Notes: generated by a model not told the origin, from the sequence alone. DNA of 64,000 bases from Eledone cirrhosa (GCA_964016885.1 OZ024755.1:13888001-13952000); one strand, 5' to 3'. Counted from the first letter of the stretch, positions 1-14,075 are shown. Made by a program: numbers and translations.

Positions 1-38
<38 letters not shown>

Positions 39-932
39 GCAAAAAGTAAATAAAGTGACTAGATTAGAAATTATTATAAGAGTTCAAATCTCACCGATGT
101 TAACTTTATCGAGGTCGATAAACTAAAGCACCAGTAATGCACTGGGCCGAAATTATTCTAGTAAAACAGGAAGCAAATGTATGCATTTGTGAGCTTATGT
201 GTTTCTTAACACGCTTTATACCAACTGGGATAAAACTGATCTTGATTTAATGAAACAAAACACCTATTTTAAAGGGTTCCTATTTAAAGTAAAATTTTCT
301 AACATAATTTTATAAAAGAGTTAAATATTAAGTTACTATGTAATTAAATAATTAATAATTTTATTAAATCTTTCATGTATAAGAAAATATGTATAAGTAT
401 TATATATATGCGCATATGTCTATATATATTATATGTGTTTGTTTTTATATGAATGTAATGATACGTATATATATATATATATGAACAAAATTAGCTATCA
501 CCTAGCATAGTGTAAGATAACAACTAGTTTAGCGACTTTTTTTTTAATATTGATCTGTTAAGCGTCAGACTGTAATCACTATAGACCATCACTGATAACC
601 GATATTGCTTTAACAGATAATCAACGTATCACGTCCGTGTAGCTTTTAGACAGATTATCACACTTCTGTCAGTAATTACGACAGCTTTACTTTTATTATT
701 GCAGGATATCAAGCACGTAATGTAATATCACTATAGTAACTAATATTTTTCGTTGAGTTTCGACTAACGTTTCTTCATCTTGAATTATCGTCTGCCATTT
801 CTTTCCCCGTCTTTCTAACTACACGGTAACATCTGTTATCACTTTCTTGCTATCTCCCCACACCGCCGCCGCCACCATTACTATCGTTGTTGTCATCACC
901 ATCATTGTGAAAAACATTTTTTGCCTTCTTCG

Positions 933-967
<35 letters not shown>

Positions 968-1024
968 TGTGTATATATATATTAATGTATATATATGTGT
1001 GTATATATAAATGTATATATATGT

Positions 1025-1143
<119 letters not shown>

Positions 1144-1914
1144 CATACGGTATTTCTTTTAATATCATTGTAAATCCATACAACAGCGTGCACACACGTC
1201 CTCCTCTACAGCTTCCATAAGAAAAGCTATTTTCCTTTCTTACATTCTATCCCAAGTACTTGTACGCGGATTAATATCTATCTGTGTGTGTGTGAGACTT
1301 TATACAGATCTGTGCCTGTGTGTAAGTATATCTCTATGTGTATCAGACACGATCAGCCATCACTCAAGAATTGTCTAGTTGTCTACTGAACTGAAAAAAA
1401 AACACCAGTTAGTTCTTTCGATAGAGACATGTGGTGATAATGGTATACGGACTTACCTGGCCGTGAGAATGATATCCTCGTGATACAAATCTATGAGGGA
1501 ACATCTGCCTGCTAGAAATAGGAGCCAAAGGTCAATTAAATCATAGCCTGGTGTTTTTAAGAAGACATAAGACACCTTAGAAATGTTATGTCTGTGAAAG
1601 AAGACATCACGAAGTCTAATGTGGGGCCAAATTACATAAAAATAATAAAGAATTTAATATTTAATCAAACATAGAAAACGAAAGTAGCATTGGAAAGGAT
1701 TAAAAATATTATAAATGAGAGGAAAAGGAGGGAAAGAGCCAGTATTATTAAGCAATGAAAGAAAGAAAGGGGAAGAGGAGAGTGTGACAGACTTTAGACA
1801 ACATTAATCTAAACATGATATGTTTTAACAAATTTAAGTTAGTCTATAAAGGTTCTGTAAGGAGATTTTTTCGAGCAGAAGAAATCTTCTAGAAAGATAT
1901 ATAAAGGAAGAATC

Positions 1915-2068
1915 GACCCTAGTACTGGACTGGTAGATATTTTATCGACGTCGAATGGATGAAAGGCAAAGTTGACCTCGGCGGGATTTGAACACAGAGC
2001 AGAGAACCTAAACGAATATCACAAATTCTTCTATCCAACGTTTTAACGACTTTACTAATTCACCACCT
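1915..2068 (-). mobile_element. SINE family A, diverged
   Basis: TTTTATCGAC..GGATGAAAGGCAAAGTTGACCTCGGCGGGATTTGAAC. Confidence 0.8.
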
Positions 2069-3547
2069 GAAGTAGACTTCCTGTAATAGGAATTAGATTG
2101 TGTCTATGTTAGACAACATTACGATTATTAATGCTCTTTCCCTACCAACTAATGGATCATTGAATTCACTAAAACCACATGATGATGAATTAATTGTTAA
2201 CTAATGCACCTTCAATGATGATGCAAATATGTTTATCTTACTTAAGTGTAATAAAAATTGTAAAATAATAAAGTTGAAATATGAAAAAATATTACTTTTA
2301 TTTGTAAATACATATATTTACTTGATGTAATAGATTTTGCATCGGGCAACTTTGGAGAAAAATATTTTAGAGTTAAATAATTGCTTTAATAATACACAAA
2401 CAGAAAAGCTAGTTATTTGGAGAGAAAATATATAGTTATCAAGGGAAATATCTCCAATAACATTGGAGTTATCTCTCTTTGCGTGACACGAAATATATAA
2501 ATACACAACGGCCTTTGTTATAAAAGTGATTCCCTACTGTCTCTTCTTTAATTGCTATTAGATAACAAAGTTGTCTTTTCTGTTAGAATATATATTCAAA
2601 AATTCAGAATATTAACAAAAATAATTTGATCGTAGGTCTGCTCGATCGGAACTCAGCTGGTACTAAATAGCAACAAAACTCTACAAAAGTAACAATAATT
2701 ATAACAATAACTTCTTCATTAGTAACTATAATTGTTTGTATAAATTCTAAACCTTTTACTGCAGGAAATAAACTATTTTATATCTTTTATGTCATGCACG
2801 AGGTTATTTTAGTACAGATGAATGGATTTTTTTAGTTATACTTGCTAGATTAGGTTTGCCTGGATACAACCGACTGACAACAGCTGTATAAGTAATGATT
2901 TGTGTTTTACATCAGGCTATGCACCTTATGTTTATTGATAGAGGATGAGAAAGGGAAGTTGGGTGTAAATCCTTCCTATACAATATTACCTACATAAGTG
3001 AATATAGTCCATTTCATAGACACCAGTATGTTACCAATGATTGTTTTATCGATTTTAGAGGCTTTTCAACAAAACCGTATGGTACCAATGTAAATAACAT
3101 ATATTATCTATCATCTATTTAGGTCTATGAATCCACTGAATCAACTCAGGACCACTGATAGCAGCTGTGAATAAAGTATATGGCTCCAATTCAGAAGCGA
3201 AACTCGTTGACACAGTTCACTACTTATATATGTCCATTCTATTGTGTTCACTGTAAAAACAGAATTGATTTCTTACAAGGGCGCAGAGAGGGCTGTGTGG
3301 TTTAGAAGTTCGCTTTTCATCTGGATTCTATCCCACAGCATGATATCTTCGACAATTGTTTGTCTCATGCTATCACCTCAGGTTGACCAATATCTTCACG
3401 TTATTGGTCTTGAGGTTATAGGAGCAAGAACAAAAATGCTTCTCGTAGTAAACCACACGTAGTGGTCCGATAGAAACTAATTAAACCGGTCACAGTACCA
3501 ATCCCGTGTAACAAAAACAACAATAATAATTGTTGTTATTATTAAAT

Positions 3548-3768
3548 GGCGATGGATTGGCAGAGTCGGTTGAGCGTCAGACAAATGCTAAGCATTATTT
3601 TTCCTGCTCTTTACGTTCTAATTTCAAATCCCGCCGAGGTTAGCTTTTCCTTTCATCCTTACGGGATCGATAAATAAAGCACCAGTAATGCACAGGAACC
3701 GATTTACTTGACTTACTTTCCCTCCAAAATTGTTGGTTTTGTGCCTAAATCAGAAATCATTATTATAA
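3548..3768 (+). mobile_element. tRNA-derived SINE family A (older copy)
   Basis: A-box-like TGGCAGAGTCGG, B-box-like TTCAAATCCC, core CCTTTCATCCTTACGGG.TCGATAAA and an (ATT)n tail. Confidence 0.85.
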
Positions 3769-3779
3769 TCCGAACGTGT

Positions 3780-3960
3780 GGTGAATTGGCAGTATCGGTA
3801 GAGGGTTGGACGCCATGCTTTCTTGCATAGTTACGTCCCTTTACAGTCTGAGTTCAAATCCCGCCGAGGTTAACTTTGCCTTTCATCCTTACGGGGTCGA
3901 TAAAATAAAGTACCAGTTATGTACTGGGTAATTGCTGGCCTTGTGCCTAAAGTAGAAACA
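3780..3960 (+). mobile_element. SINE family A copy with 21 bp target-site duplication
   Basis: Flanked by ATTATTATAATCCGAACGTGT at 3759-3779 and 3961-3981. Confidence 0.9.
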
Positions 3961-4014
3961 ATTATTATAATCCGAACGTGTTTGGTGAGATCAGAAGCGA
4001 TCACTATGATAATA

Positions 4015-4182
4015 AGTGCTCTGGAGTTACAAGATCGTATAACATAAAACAAAATATCACTACTAGACACTGCACGTAGATTGCGTAGAGTACTTTCAAT
4101 ACAATAAAACAATATCAAAATATAACACTCCATATACCCAAGGCACAAAGATCTGTGCGCGATAACGCAGTTACACAACGCA
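4015..4182 (+). mobile_element. Decayed 3' end of another Dong/R4 family
   Basis: Reads ..KISLLDTARRLRRVLSIQ* (compare LLGTAxxLRRxL). The 3'UTR resembles the reverse complement of 60590-60680 and is followed by (TAA)n. Confidence 0.6.
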
Positions 4183-4225
4183 ATAATAATAATAATAACA
4201 ATAATAATAACAATAATAATAATAA

Positions 4226-4340
4226 GGAGAGGGAGAAAATTAGCCGATACCAGGACTTAAAGTGGGAGGTAAAAAGGATTTGGAACTGCCATGAGGTCAA
4301 AGTGGTCCCGATTGTCAAAGAACAATAATAATAATAATAA
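4226..4340 (+). mobile_element. Internally deleted micro-copy of the 28 kb Dong family inside a (TAA)n tract
   Basis: Encodes EREKISRYQDLKWEVKRIWNCHEVKVVPIV, nearly identical to the reverse complement of 28183-28275, joined directly to the terminal AAGAA(C/T)AATAAT. Confidence 0.85.
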
Positions 4341-4427
4341 TTGTTTCTACGTTAGGCACACGGCCAGCAATTACTCAGTGTATTACTGGTACTTTATTTT
4401 ATCGACCCCGTAAGGATGAAAGGCAAA
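4340..4427 (-). mobile_element. SINE family A, 3' half
   Basis: TTGTTTCTACGTTAGGCAC..TTTTATCGACCCCGTAAGGATGAAAGGCAAAG. Confidence 0.85.
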
Positions 4428-4435
4428 GAATAATA

Positions 4436-4467
<32 letters not shown>

Positions 4468-4989
4468 AATAAACAGATACTGTCGGAAAAACAATGAAAG
4501 TGTAACAATGAGAGAGAAAAAATTCAAATAACATGGACAACGCAAACACATCTACCACAAAGAACAACATTTAGAGAAACAATAAACAAAAGAACAGCAA
4601 CAGTGGTAGCGGCAGCAAACAACAACAACAATCAAAAGAAAAAAACAGTAATGTGAAGCGAGAGGCAATGACAAACAACAGCAATATTGAGTAAGACATT
4701 AAAAAAAATTTGCCTTGAGTAGTTCTGCATCCGATCAATAAACTGAACTTTTCGATAGTCTATAAATTCTTTCCTGTAGACATACCTTGAAATATTTACT
4801 GTGTATTTATATACCTAAAGCATTTTTTGGAGAACAATTGGATCTTTCACCAACATTTTCGATTCTATTTTTGCAGACATGCCTTTTTGCGATTAATCAA
4901 ATTTTTTTTCTTTTAAAATATTTACTTTGCACAGATTGACTTTTTTACACATCCGCAATTATATATTTGTTTTACTCCCGCTTATATAT

Positions 4990-5040
<51 letters not shown>

Positions 5041-5623
5041 ACATGTATCTCTGTCACGGTAAGCAAATTAGAATTTACACTTTTACCCGCACCAAAAAAG
5101 AAAAATAAATCGACCCCACTCACCCTATATATTATAAGAGTTTTAAAATATATTCTATAAAATTCCCCTATTCTACTGTAAGTATGTTTATCTGACATGA
5201 GCCACACCAAATTTATGGCTTGTTCTTTAACCCACCATTTCTAAACGAATGAACTTCTATTTGAGCGGAAATATATATTTTAAAGGGATTATATACCGTG
5301 CTACGGAAAATCATACACTTGTTTAACTTTGAATCTATTCAAGTTGCAATCAACTTAAAGACACAGATACGACTTTATCTACGTTTACCTTGGATTTTAA
5401 ATCGTATAACTAAAACTAAGACATCAAATAAAGATTAAGATGTTTGGCCAAACGTTATAACCATTCCAATGAGCTTTGTATGCTTCTTTGTATGCTTCTT
5501 AACCACCGTTCAGTTTAGCATCCTGTGTCCATAAAGTATTTAGAATTCTCAGATATTTCAAACTATTTATCAGACCAAAAAGGTGAAAATATTCACCTTT
5601 TGAACCACATCTTTTTAAATAAT

Positions 5624-5851
5624 CATTTCTACTATAGGCACAAGGCCACAGGGCACAGTCGATTAAATCACGAGGCACAGTCGATTAAATCGATCACAGT
5701 ACATTATTCTGGTACTTTATTTCATCAACCCCGTAAGGATGACAGGCAAAGCTAATCAGGGCAGGATTTGAATTCAGATCATAAAAGGTCATAACTATAT
5801 GCCACAAAGCATGTTATCCGATGCCCTACCAATACTGCCAATTCATCGCAC
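5624..5851 (-). mobile_element. SINE family A, diverged
   Basis: Same head, core and tail order, with an internal duplication of GGCACAGTCGATTAAATC. Confidence 0.8.
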
Positions 5852-6174
5852 TCACATCTTTTTAACTAATAAAACATACTTGTCTGAATACTGTGTTTTT
5901 AGAAGAACACATTCTACCCAACTGATTTTTTTCATCACACCCGTTTCCTGTATAATTAAACATTTTAATATTTTAACCCCCCCCCCATTTAAATCGACAT
6001 ATCTACTACATTAATGTCAATCTACTTCCTGTTTACCATTTCTTTCCCTTTAGATATTTTCATCAGCTCAAATTTGAGAATTCTTTAGAATCCTTTCGGT
6101 TTCTAAAAATGTATTTTTCTGTAATAGTTCGGCTTGAACATTCTTCTCCGCAATTTCATTTTCTTCGCGATTGA

Positions 6175-6790
6175 ACAAGACTGACTACCCACCATGACTG
6201 GCACAATTTCAACCTTTTTTCATTCTCCACACTCTTGCTATTTCCTCTTTCAGATCTTGGTATTTCTTGATCGTCTCTTTTTCTTTCTCACATACACGGT
6301 TGTCACTCTGAGATGGCTATTTACGATGATAACTCCCGGTATTCTAGCCCTAACCACTTGACCACATTTAGATGTTGAAATCCCACAAGAATTTCATTTT
6401 CTCATCATCTTATACAGCTTTATGCTGTTGCCTGTACCACTAATCAGCTCTGTCCAAATTATAATTTTTCAGACAGTTTCCTATGAACAATGCTTCCTTT
6501 CGTATATACTCTATTTGTGCAAGTTTGCTGCATTTGCTCACTATGTGGCTAATGCTTTCACCTTTGTTATTTTACCACAATTCTACATAAGGGGGATTAC
6601 ACCTTCTTATCAATTTGGCATTTCACATATTTTGTTCTAAGTGCTTGTTCTTGTGCTGCAGATAAACGATTCAGTTCCAAACATTAGATCGGGTTTTCTC
6701 ATCCTCTTCTATCTCCCTGTTTACCCATGTTACTATTATCTCTGGCAAACTTTCCATACATTGATTTTATATTCCAGCATGCTTCGTGTG
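6175..6790 (-). mobile_element. Decayed Dong/R4 C-terminal fragment
   Basis: Minus-strand remnants with stops and frameshifts: KSMYGKFARD, AAQEQALRT, GESISHIVSKCSKLAQ, KFLWDFNI, KEKETIKKYQDLKEEIARVW..VEIVPVMVG. Confidence 0.75.
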
Positions 6791-6859
6791 ACCCTATTTT
6801 GGTTCTAGTATTGTTATTCAGAGCGCAGGACACCATGCTTTGTGCCATACAGTTACGAC

Positions 6860-7135
6860 ACACTGGAATCGATTTAATCGATTTTACCTTCAAATTGCTG
6901 GCCTTGTGCCAAATGTAGAAACAATTATTCAGATAAAATAGTTTGCGGTACTTAATTATGGTTCCTTACGTTTTCAGTTCAAACTTAACCTTATCTCATT
7001 CTGGGGTCAATAAAATAAAATAACAGTGATCTCCTGCGGTCGATGTACTCAACTTTCCCTTCAACACCTCTACCCCCCCCCCCCCCCCCAAAAAAAAATA
7101 CTGGCCTTGAGCTAAAATTAGAAACCATTATTATT
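6860..7135 (+). mobile_element. Two decayed SINE family A fragments
   Basis: AATTGCTGGCCTTGTGCCAAATGTAGAAACAATT tail, followed by GTTCAAA..GGGGTCAATAAAATAAA..CTGGCCTTG. Confidence 0.6.
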
Positions 7136-7433
7136 ATATTTGCGTGTGTGTTTGGAAGTGTTTTCAATAGGTTTTAGAATGTCAAACTGCATCATGTGTT
7201 GCCAACCTGCAACATGCTGCACCTTTAATGCATATATTTGCTTGAAGCAACATTCCATTCATTATCTTCTGATGTTTCTTTTCCTTTTCTGAGCCACCAA
7301 GATTTTTCTTTGTTTTTTTTTCTCCTTCCTCCTCCTTCCTCCTCCTTCCTAAACTAATTTTTCTCTCTGTCTCTTTCTCTACATTCACATGCATTCTCTT
7401 CTCTCACTGTTTCTTTTTCCATTATCCTCCCCA

Positions 7434-7537
7434 TCTTCTTCTTCTTCTTCTTCTTCTTCTTCTTCTTCTTCTTCTTCTTCTTCTTCTTCTTCTTCTTCTT
7501 CTTCTTCTTCTTCTTCTTCTTCTTCTTCTTCTTCTTC
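7434..7537. repeat. (TTC)n microsatellite
   Basis: Pure trinucleotide tract. Confidence 0.98.
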
Positions 7538-7667
7538 TCACTTTTCCCTGTCATTCATCCATATACCCCCGTTTGAACATATATGTAAGTACATGCATAT
7601 ATACACACGTATGAGTATGTATGGCTGGGTGAATGGATATATAAATACATATATATGTGTGTATGTG

Positions 7668-7715
<48 letters not shown>

Positions 7716-7731
7716 CACACACACAACCACA

Positions 7732-7768
<37 letters not shown>

Positions 7769-7771
7769 ACA

Positions 7772-7847
<76 letters not shown>

Positions 7848-8953
7848 GACAATGTTCAAAACCCCATACATATATATATATATATATATATATAGTTGTG
7901 ACAAAGCGCCTGACTGGGAGGCCGATACACATATGCATAATGCATTAGATTGTATAGTTTATGTTATGCATTGTGAAAAGTTCATGTTTTTTAGAAAGCT
8001 GATACAATAAAGGAGTGAAAGTAGAAGGAAAACAAAAGGATGCATTTACACATTTACCTCATATTCCAATATTTAATCTTTAAAAAACCTTTATCAACGG
8101 AAAAATTGGAAAATTATCTTAGCCTTGATCTGCACAGAAATGTAGGGATTGAAAGGTGTGGCATGCACAGATTGGCAGTGTTATATACCCAATGAATGAC
8201 GTGCATCTCTTGCCCGTTGTTGATAGAGATATTTAATTTATTAATAACAATAGCTTCCTTAATCGTTAAATTTCCATTACACCCTTATGAGGTTTTAATG
8301 ATGACCATAATATCATGCTTACGACATCTCGGCAGATGTTCTTTTTAAAAGAAGTATTTGTATGTAGAGTTATACTTTTCATACGGTGTATCAAATATAA
8401 AGTCCACCACATCTATTATATACTATGTAGTACACCATGAAAGAGAAAAGTAAAGTAACTGGACCTCAGTCGGTGTCGGCGATGAACATTCCAATGTTCA
8501 CTCAACGGAAGAGTCAACTTGGTTGAGTAACCGGCTGAGTTGTCGACAGACACGTGTACTTTTAACATAATATTCTGTGTCACAGAGTTTGTAACAGGGT
8601 TTTCCATTTTTTATTATAGGTACACTTTATATGACGGGATGACAAACAGTTTCTATTTATCCAACGTCATTAAGAGAATCTAGGTTGACCCGAGCATATG
8701 GTAAAAGATACTCGTCCCCAAAATTCCATGCAGTAAGGTCGAACCCGAAACATCAAAATAATTCTTCCACACTATGTCTATGTGATTACATATATAAAAA
8801 TCTACCCAGCCTGTAGGTGCAGCTTGTTTTCAAAGATCTTCCAATACACGGAAACTACGGGATGATTTAGCAACATAATCATTTCACAGCTTTATATGAT
8901 AGCTTTCCTCGTTTTTCAAATTTCTTATTTCTGGTTCATTTAATTTACCTCCT

Positions 8954-9012
<59 letters not shown>

Positions 9013-9189
9013 AACTCTTTCTCTCTCTCTATCTCTCTCTCTCTATCTCTCTCTCTCTATCTCTCTCTCCTTCTCTCTATCTTTCTGTCACCCTCTCTCC
9101 CTCTCACCTCTTAATTTTAAGAGGTATTAGATAAATTACCCAATTTCTCATGGATTACCAGCTCTATACGGTCATTTAAATTGCTTTTA

Positions 9190-9613
<424 letters not shown>

Positions 9614-9961
9614 ACACGTCTATACACAATACACATGCCGCTATAGAAACGCCATTAGATTCTGTTTCAATTTATAATCACAACTTATTCATGGCCGTCT
9701 GTTTCTTTTGGTTGTACTTCGTTGTTGTTGTTGTTCTTCTTCAATTTTCCAGGGAATGGATAGCCCAAGCACAGTTAGATTATCTACGTAGCTATGACGA
9801 CAGAGTCTGTATAACGCTATTGGCGTGGATCAAGCTACGTTTAAATCTAATTCTCCTCAACTAACAATATATCAGTCTCAAGGTTTCTCATTTAAATCAC
9901 ATTAAAACGAACAGTGATCATTTATATATTTCTCTATTTTTTTTTTTTTTGTCATCCTTTA

Positions 9962-10105
9962 AGGCGACGAATTGGCAGAGTGATTAAGACGACGGATAGA
10001 ATGCTTTACGGTATTCGACCTACCTCATTGCTCGCTCTGAGTTCAAATCCCACAGCGGTCAACTTTGCCTTTCATTCTTTCGACGTCGATAAAAAAAGTA
10101 CCAGT
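9962..10105 (+). mobile_element. SINE family A, diverged
   Basis: AGGCGACGAATTGGCAGAG..GAGTTCAAATCCC..CTTTGCCTTTCATTC..GTCGATAAAA. Confidence 0.8.
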
Positions 10106-10867
10106 TCAGTACATTACAACAACAGTTAGATCATCGGGTAGGCTTCTACATAGTTTCCGTTTAACAAATATCACTCCGGTCAACTCGACACTATGGTAAA
10201 GACACTTGCCTAAGATTCCTCGCAGTAGAATCAAGCCAAGGATCTAAGGCTTGTGAAACGAACTCCTTAACTATGCAGTTATGTCTTTCAATTGTTATAT
10301 CGCTGTAAAACTACACTCTAGGCTAAGTAGCAATAGTATTACAATGTTTAGTATAGAAATTCCGTCCACTGTTACATTTTGTTTTAAAGCTAAGTAAAGC
10401 CTAACCATAAACCGCTTTGTGTTTCTAGTATATATTGGCAGGTTTTCTTAACCAATAAATTTTCCAGCAACGTTACTGCATTATTTCTATGAATGACATA
10501 AATAAAAGGAATTATTTCATGGCGATTTTATGTATGGTAATCTAGGTATTTTTCACACATGCATACGTAGGTTTCAGAGGCGCGCTATAGAATTTTAGAA
10601 TTACTTTAGCATAGAGAGGTTCAGGCTTTTGTAAAAAGCATAATTCTATAGAGTAAAGTCATTCTAAAACATCCAAGCAAGCTGGATGCTTTCCAGCTAC
10701 AGGTAGTTTAGCCAGAACTGAATGACATGAGCAATGGGTTTAGTGAATGGGTTGTGCTATCTTCAATGAAACCACCCAATCATTCAGAATGTTGGAAAAT
10801 CTTACTATTTTCTTACTATTATAGACACACACACATATATAAATACATACACGCACATATATGTATA

Positions 10868-10928
<61 letters not shown>

Positions 10929-10930
<2 letters not shown>

Positions 10931-11517
10931 TAAAATAAGAGATTAAAGTTTAAGCAAAGAATCGCTGCTTTCACCCTTAACGGATCTTCTGAAACTAGCA
11001 AAGTCAATCTGTGAACGCAGAAGTGAATATTTCAAAAAACGTTGCAACCGCAGGAAGACAGGAATAAAATACTTTGGTTCGTGGAAACGTTTCCTGGCAA
11101 AGAACGGGAAAAAACGAATATAATACGTCATTATTTGGAGCGGTGAAAAACAATTACACGCAAAGACAAAACCACGTTTATGGTATAAAAGAAGTCGTAG
11201 ACAAATATTCTCTTAGGTGGTTCATAGAGACGTTCTCAGGCAATGAACGGAAACAACGAAGATAATACGTCATATGTGGAGCGGGGAGAAGAATTGCACG
11301 CAAAGACAAAGCCACGTAAATGGTATAACTGAAGTCGTAGACTAAAATTCTAACTAGGAAACCGAATGATTCTCGGCTTCAGAGTTAAGAATAAAGTAAA
11401 TAAAATACAGACGTAATTGAAATAAATACATACACGCATCCATATACGTACATACACAAGCATATATTTATCCTTATCGAGCCCTCTTTGGATTTTAGTC
11501 TTCAAATTTATTATTAT

Positions 11518-11520
<3 letters not shown>
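10929..11520. mobile_element. (TA)n-flanked dispersed repeat, family B, with internal ~130 bp duplication
   Basis: Begins TTAAAATAA..TTTAAGCAAAGAATCGCTGCTTTCACCC and ends TCCTTATCGAGCCCTCTTTGGATTTTAGTCTTC. Other copies at 17983, 22325, 49222 and 56929. Segments are shared with the Helitron. Confidence 0.85.
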
Positions 11521-11560
<40 letters not shown>

Positions 11561-11567
11561 CACACAG

Positions 11568-11611
<44 letters not shown>

Positions 11612-11613
<2 letters not shown>

Positions 11614-11750
11614 CGAAGGAAATGTGGTAAGGAACCAGATTGACCATAACGCACCAAAATACTCAATACTTAGGGTAGTAGAGTGGGTAATAGGAACGAG
11701 AAGGACCCCGACGGCTGAGCTCAAGCCGTCGGGGTCCTACTCGTTCCTAT
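11612..11750 (-). mobile_element. Family C (hammerhead-associated, TA-flanked) copy with terminal fold-back
   Basis: Matches the reverse complement of ~62637-62753. Palindrome arms 11690-11716 and 11724-11750. Confidence 0.85.
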
Positions 11751-11899
11751 ATATATATGATGGTTCAATTCTAGTCTTGGCTGCAAAACCTTGTTTAACT
11801 TTTTGGGTTATATATATAATATATACTGAGTTAGAAACTCAAAGTAGTCTCTTACAATTAAATAGCTCTAAGAAAAAAAAACTTTTCCGAGCCGTGTAA

Positions 11900-12181
11900 A
11901 CTAGTATAAACATACATGTGTCCGAATCGTAAGGACTAGGTTTGCTAGGGTGAACAAATACTAACTACAGCAATATGGTTTGCCAGACTTAATTTAAAGT
12001 AGTAAATTAAGAAAAATAATAACAAACCTATATTGGGCAACTGCCTGATATAGGTTTGTTATTATTTTTCTTAATTTACTACTTTAAATTAAGTCTGGCA
12101 AACCATATGGCTGTAGTTAGTATTTTTTCACCCTAGCAAACCTAGTCCTTACGATTCGGACACATGTATGTTTATATTAGT
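11900..12181. repeat. Long palindrome, ~140 bp arms
   Basis: 11900-12039 is the reverse complement of 12042-12181 with few mismatches. Confidence 0.95.
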
Positions 12182-12202
12182 GTTCATCTCTCTTGTTTAT
12201 TC

Positions 12203-12260
<58 letters not shown>

Positions 12261-12463
12261 AATATATATATATATACATAAAGATTTCTAAGATACTTAG
12301 TTTTAAAGATTTAATATTTATTTAAAGAATGATCATTAAAGATAACATATCTTTCACATGTTTGCGGCATTTTCTAATTATTTATGATTAAACTGTTGAA
12401 GATTGGCACATTGTAGCTACATTAAAAGTCAGTGTAATCTTAATTAAATCCAATTATGTAATA

Positions 12464-12518
<55 letters not shown>

Positions 12519-12662
12519 CATACACACACATATTTATGTGTGTTGTATGTATGTATATGTATGTGTGTGTGTGATAAACACATATGTGCTTCAAAATATG
12601 CATCATAATTTATCTCTAAATAAGTTTTTTTTCCTGTGGGTATTCAATAAGAAAATTAATAA

Positions 12663-12845
12663 TTGTTTCTACTTTAGGCACAAGGCCAGCAATTAACCAG
12701 TGCATTACTGGTACTTTATTTTATCGACCCCGTAAGGATGAAAGGCAAAGTCAACCTCGGCGGGATTTGAACTCAGATCGTAAAGTGACGTAACTATGCT
12801 GGAAAGCATGGCGTCCGACCCTCTACCGATACTGCCAATCCACCG
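12663..12845 (-). mobile_element. SINE family A, young full-length copy
   Basis: Nearly identical to 28636-28819 and 57995-58179. Confidence 0.9.
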
Positions 12846-13093
12846 AATAATGAATTATCAAAAATATATGGAAGAATTCCGACCATATTAAGCAGATCTA
12901 TATATATGTTATTACCTTAATGAATTGCTGAGCATGGCCGTATGGTTAATATGTTCACTTCTCTATTAGTGTGTCCCGGGTACGCGTGTAAGTGTGTGTG
13001 TGGAATACTCAGCCACTTAAATGCTCATTTCACGAATGATGGAACAACCGGAACACTCATCGTCGAAATTGATGGATGTCCATTTTACTTTCG

Positions 13094-13127
<34 letters not shown>

Positions 13128-13128
<1 letters not shown>

Positions 13129-13304
13129 CGAAGGAAATGTGGTAAGGAACCATAACGCACCAAAGTACTCAATACTTAGGGTAGTAGAGTGGGTAATAGG
13201 AACAAGTAAGACCCCGACGGCTGAGCTCAAGCCGTTTCGACGGCTAATTCAGTCCAGAATTAGCCGTCGAAACGGCTTGAGCTCAGCCGTCGGGGTCTTA
13301 CTTG

Positions 13305-13309
<5 letters not shown>
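13128..13309 (-). mobile_element. Family C copy with ~54 bp-arm palindrome
   Basis: Arms ~13197-13250 and 13257-13309 around the loop AGTCCA, with (TA)n on both sides. Confidence 0.85.
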
Positions 13310-13380
<71 letters not shown>

Positions 13381-13954
13381 AATATATGTGCATGTGCATA
13401 TGCATGAGTGCGTGTGTTTTGGTGTGCGTATGAGAACGTATGTTGTGTGAGTGTGTAAGTACGACCACCTATTCAGCTTGAAGCTTCTACAATATTACAT
13501 CCTGTTCTCTTAATGGCAAAAGCCTAACTAAGGAACTGGTGCATTAATCTGGTAGAGAATAGGACTGTCGGCCGAACTGAAAATACATGTAAAGGTCAGC
13601 AGACTCAACATATATACTCTTTGTATAGAAACACACAATTTCTCTAATACATCCGCAGTTTAATGGAAACACGTTTGAAAATATTACAAATAATTTATCA
13701 GTTACTGAATCTAGTTTCGTATAGAAAATGCTTGAGGTGAGGTATGATATAGTGCAATATTTTAACGCAGGTGTTTGAACTGCTGAACAGTAAATCTGAA
13801 TCAATCTTATGTGAAATATGAAAATAAATTGAAGTTGTGACAACTTCAACTACCTATGCAGTAGTTTCTAATGAACAAATTAAATGGCAATAATGTAGTT
13901 TCAGCGACAAACAGTTACTACATCTTTATATTCATACACACGCATATACATACG

Positions 13955-13992
<38 letters not shown>

Positions 13993-14020
13993 CATATATA
14001 TGTATGTATATGCGTGTGTA

Positions 14021-14075
<55 letters not shown>

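Noticed and set aside
3548-3640. tRNA gene
   Set aside because: The A and B boxes belong to a SINE head with no cloverleaf, and continue into the SINE core and tail.
11325-11390. CTGAAGT..GAAACCGA/TCGGCTTC in family B as a hammerhead
   Set aside because: The core and cleavage triplet do not match, and CTGAAG is not conserved in the other B copies. It is only a small hairpin.
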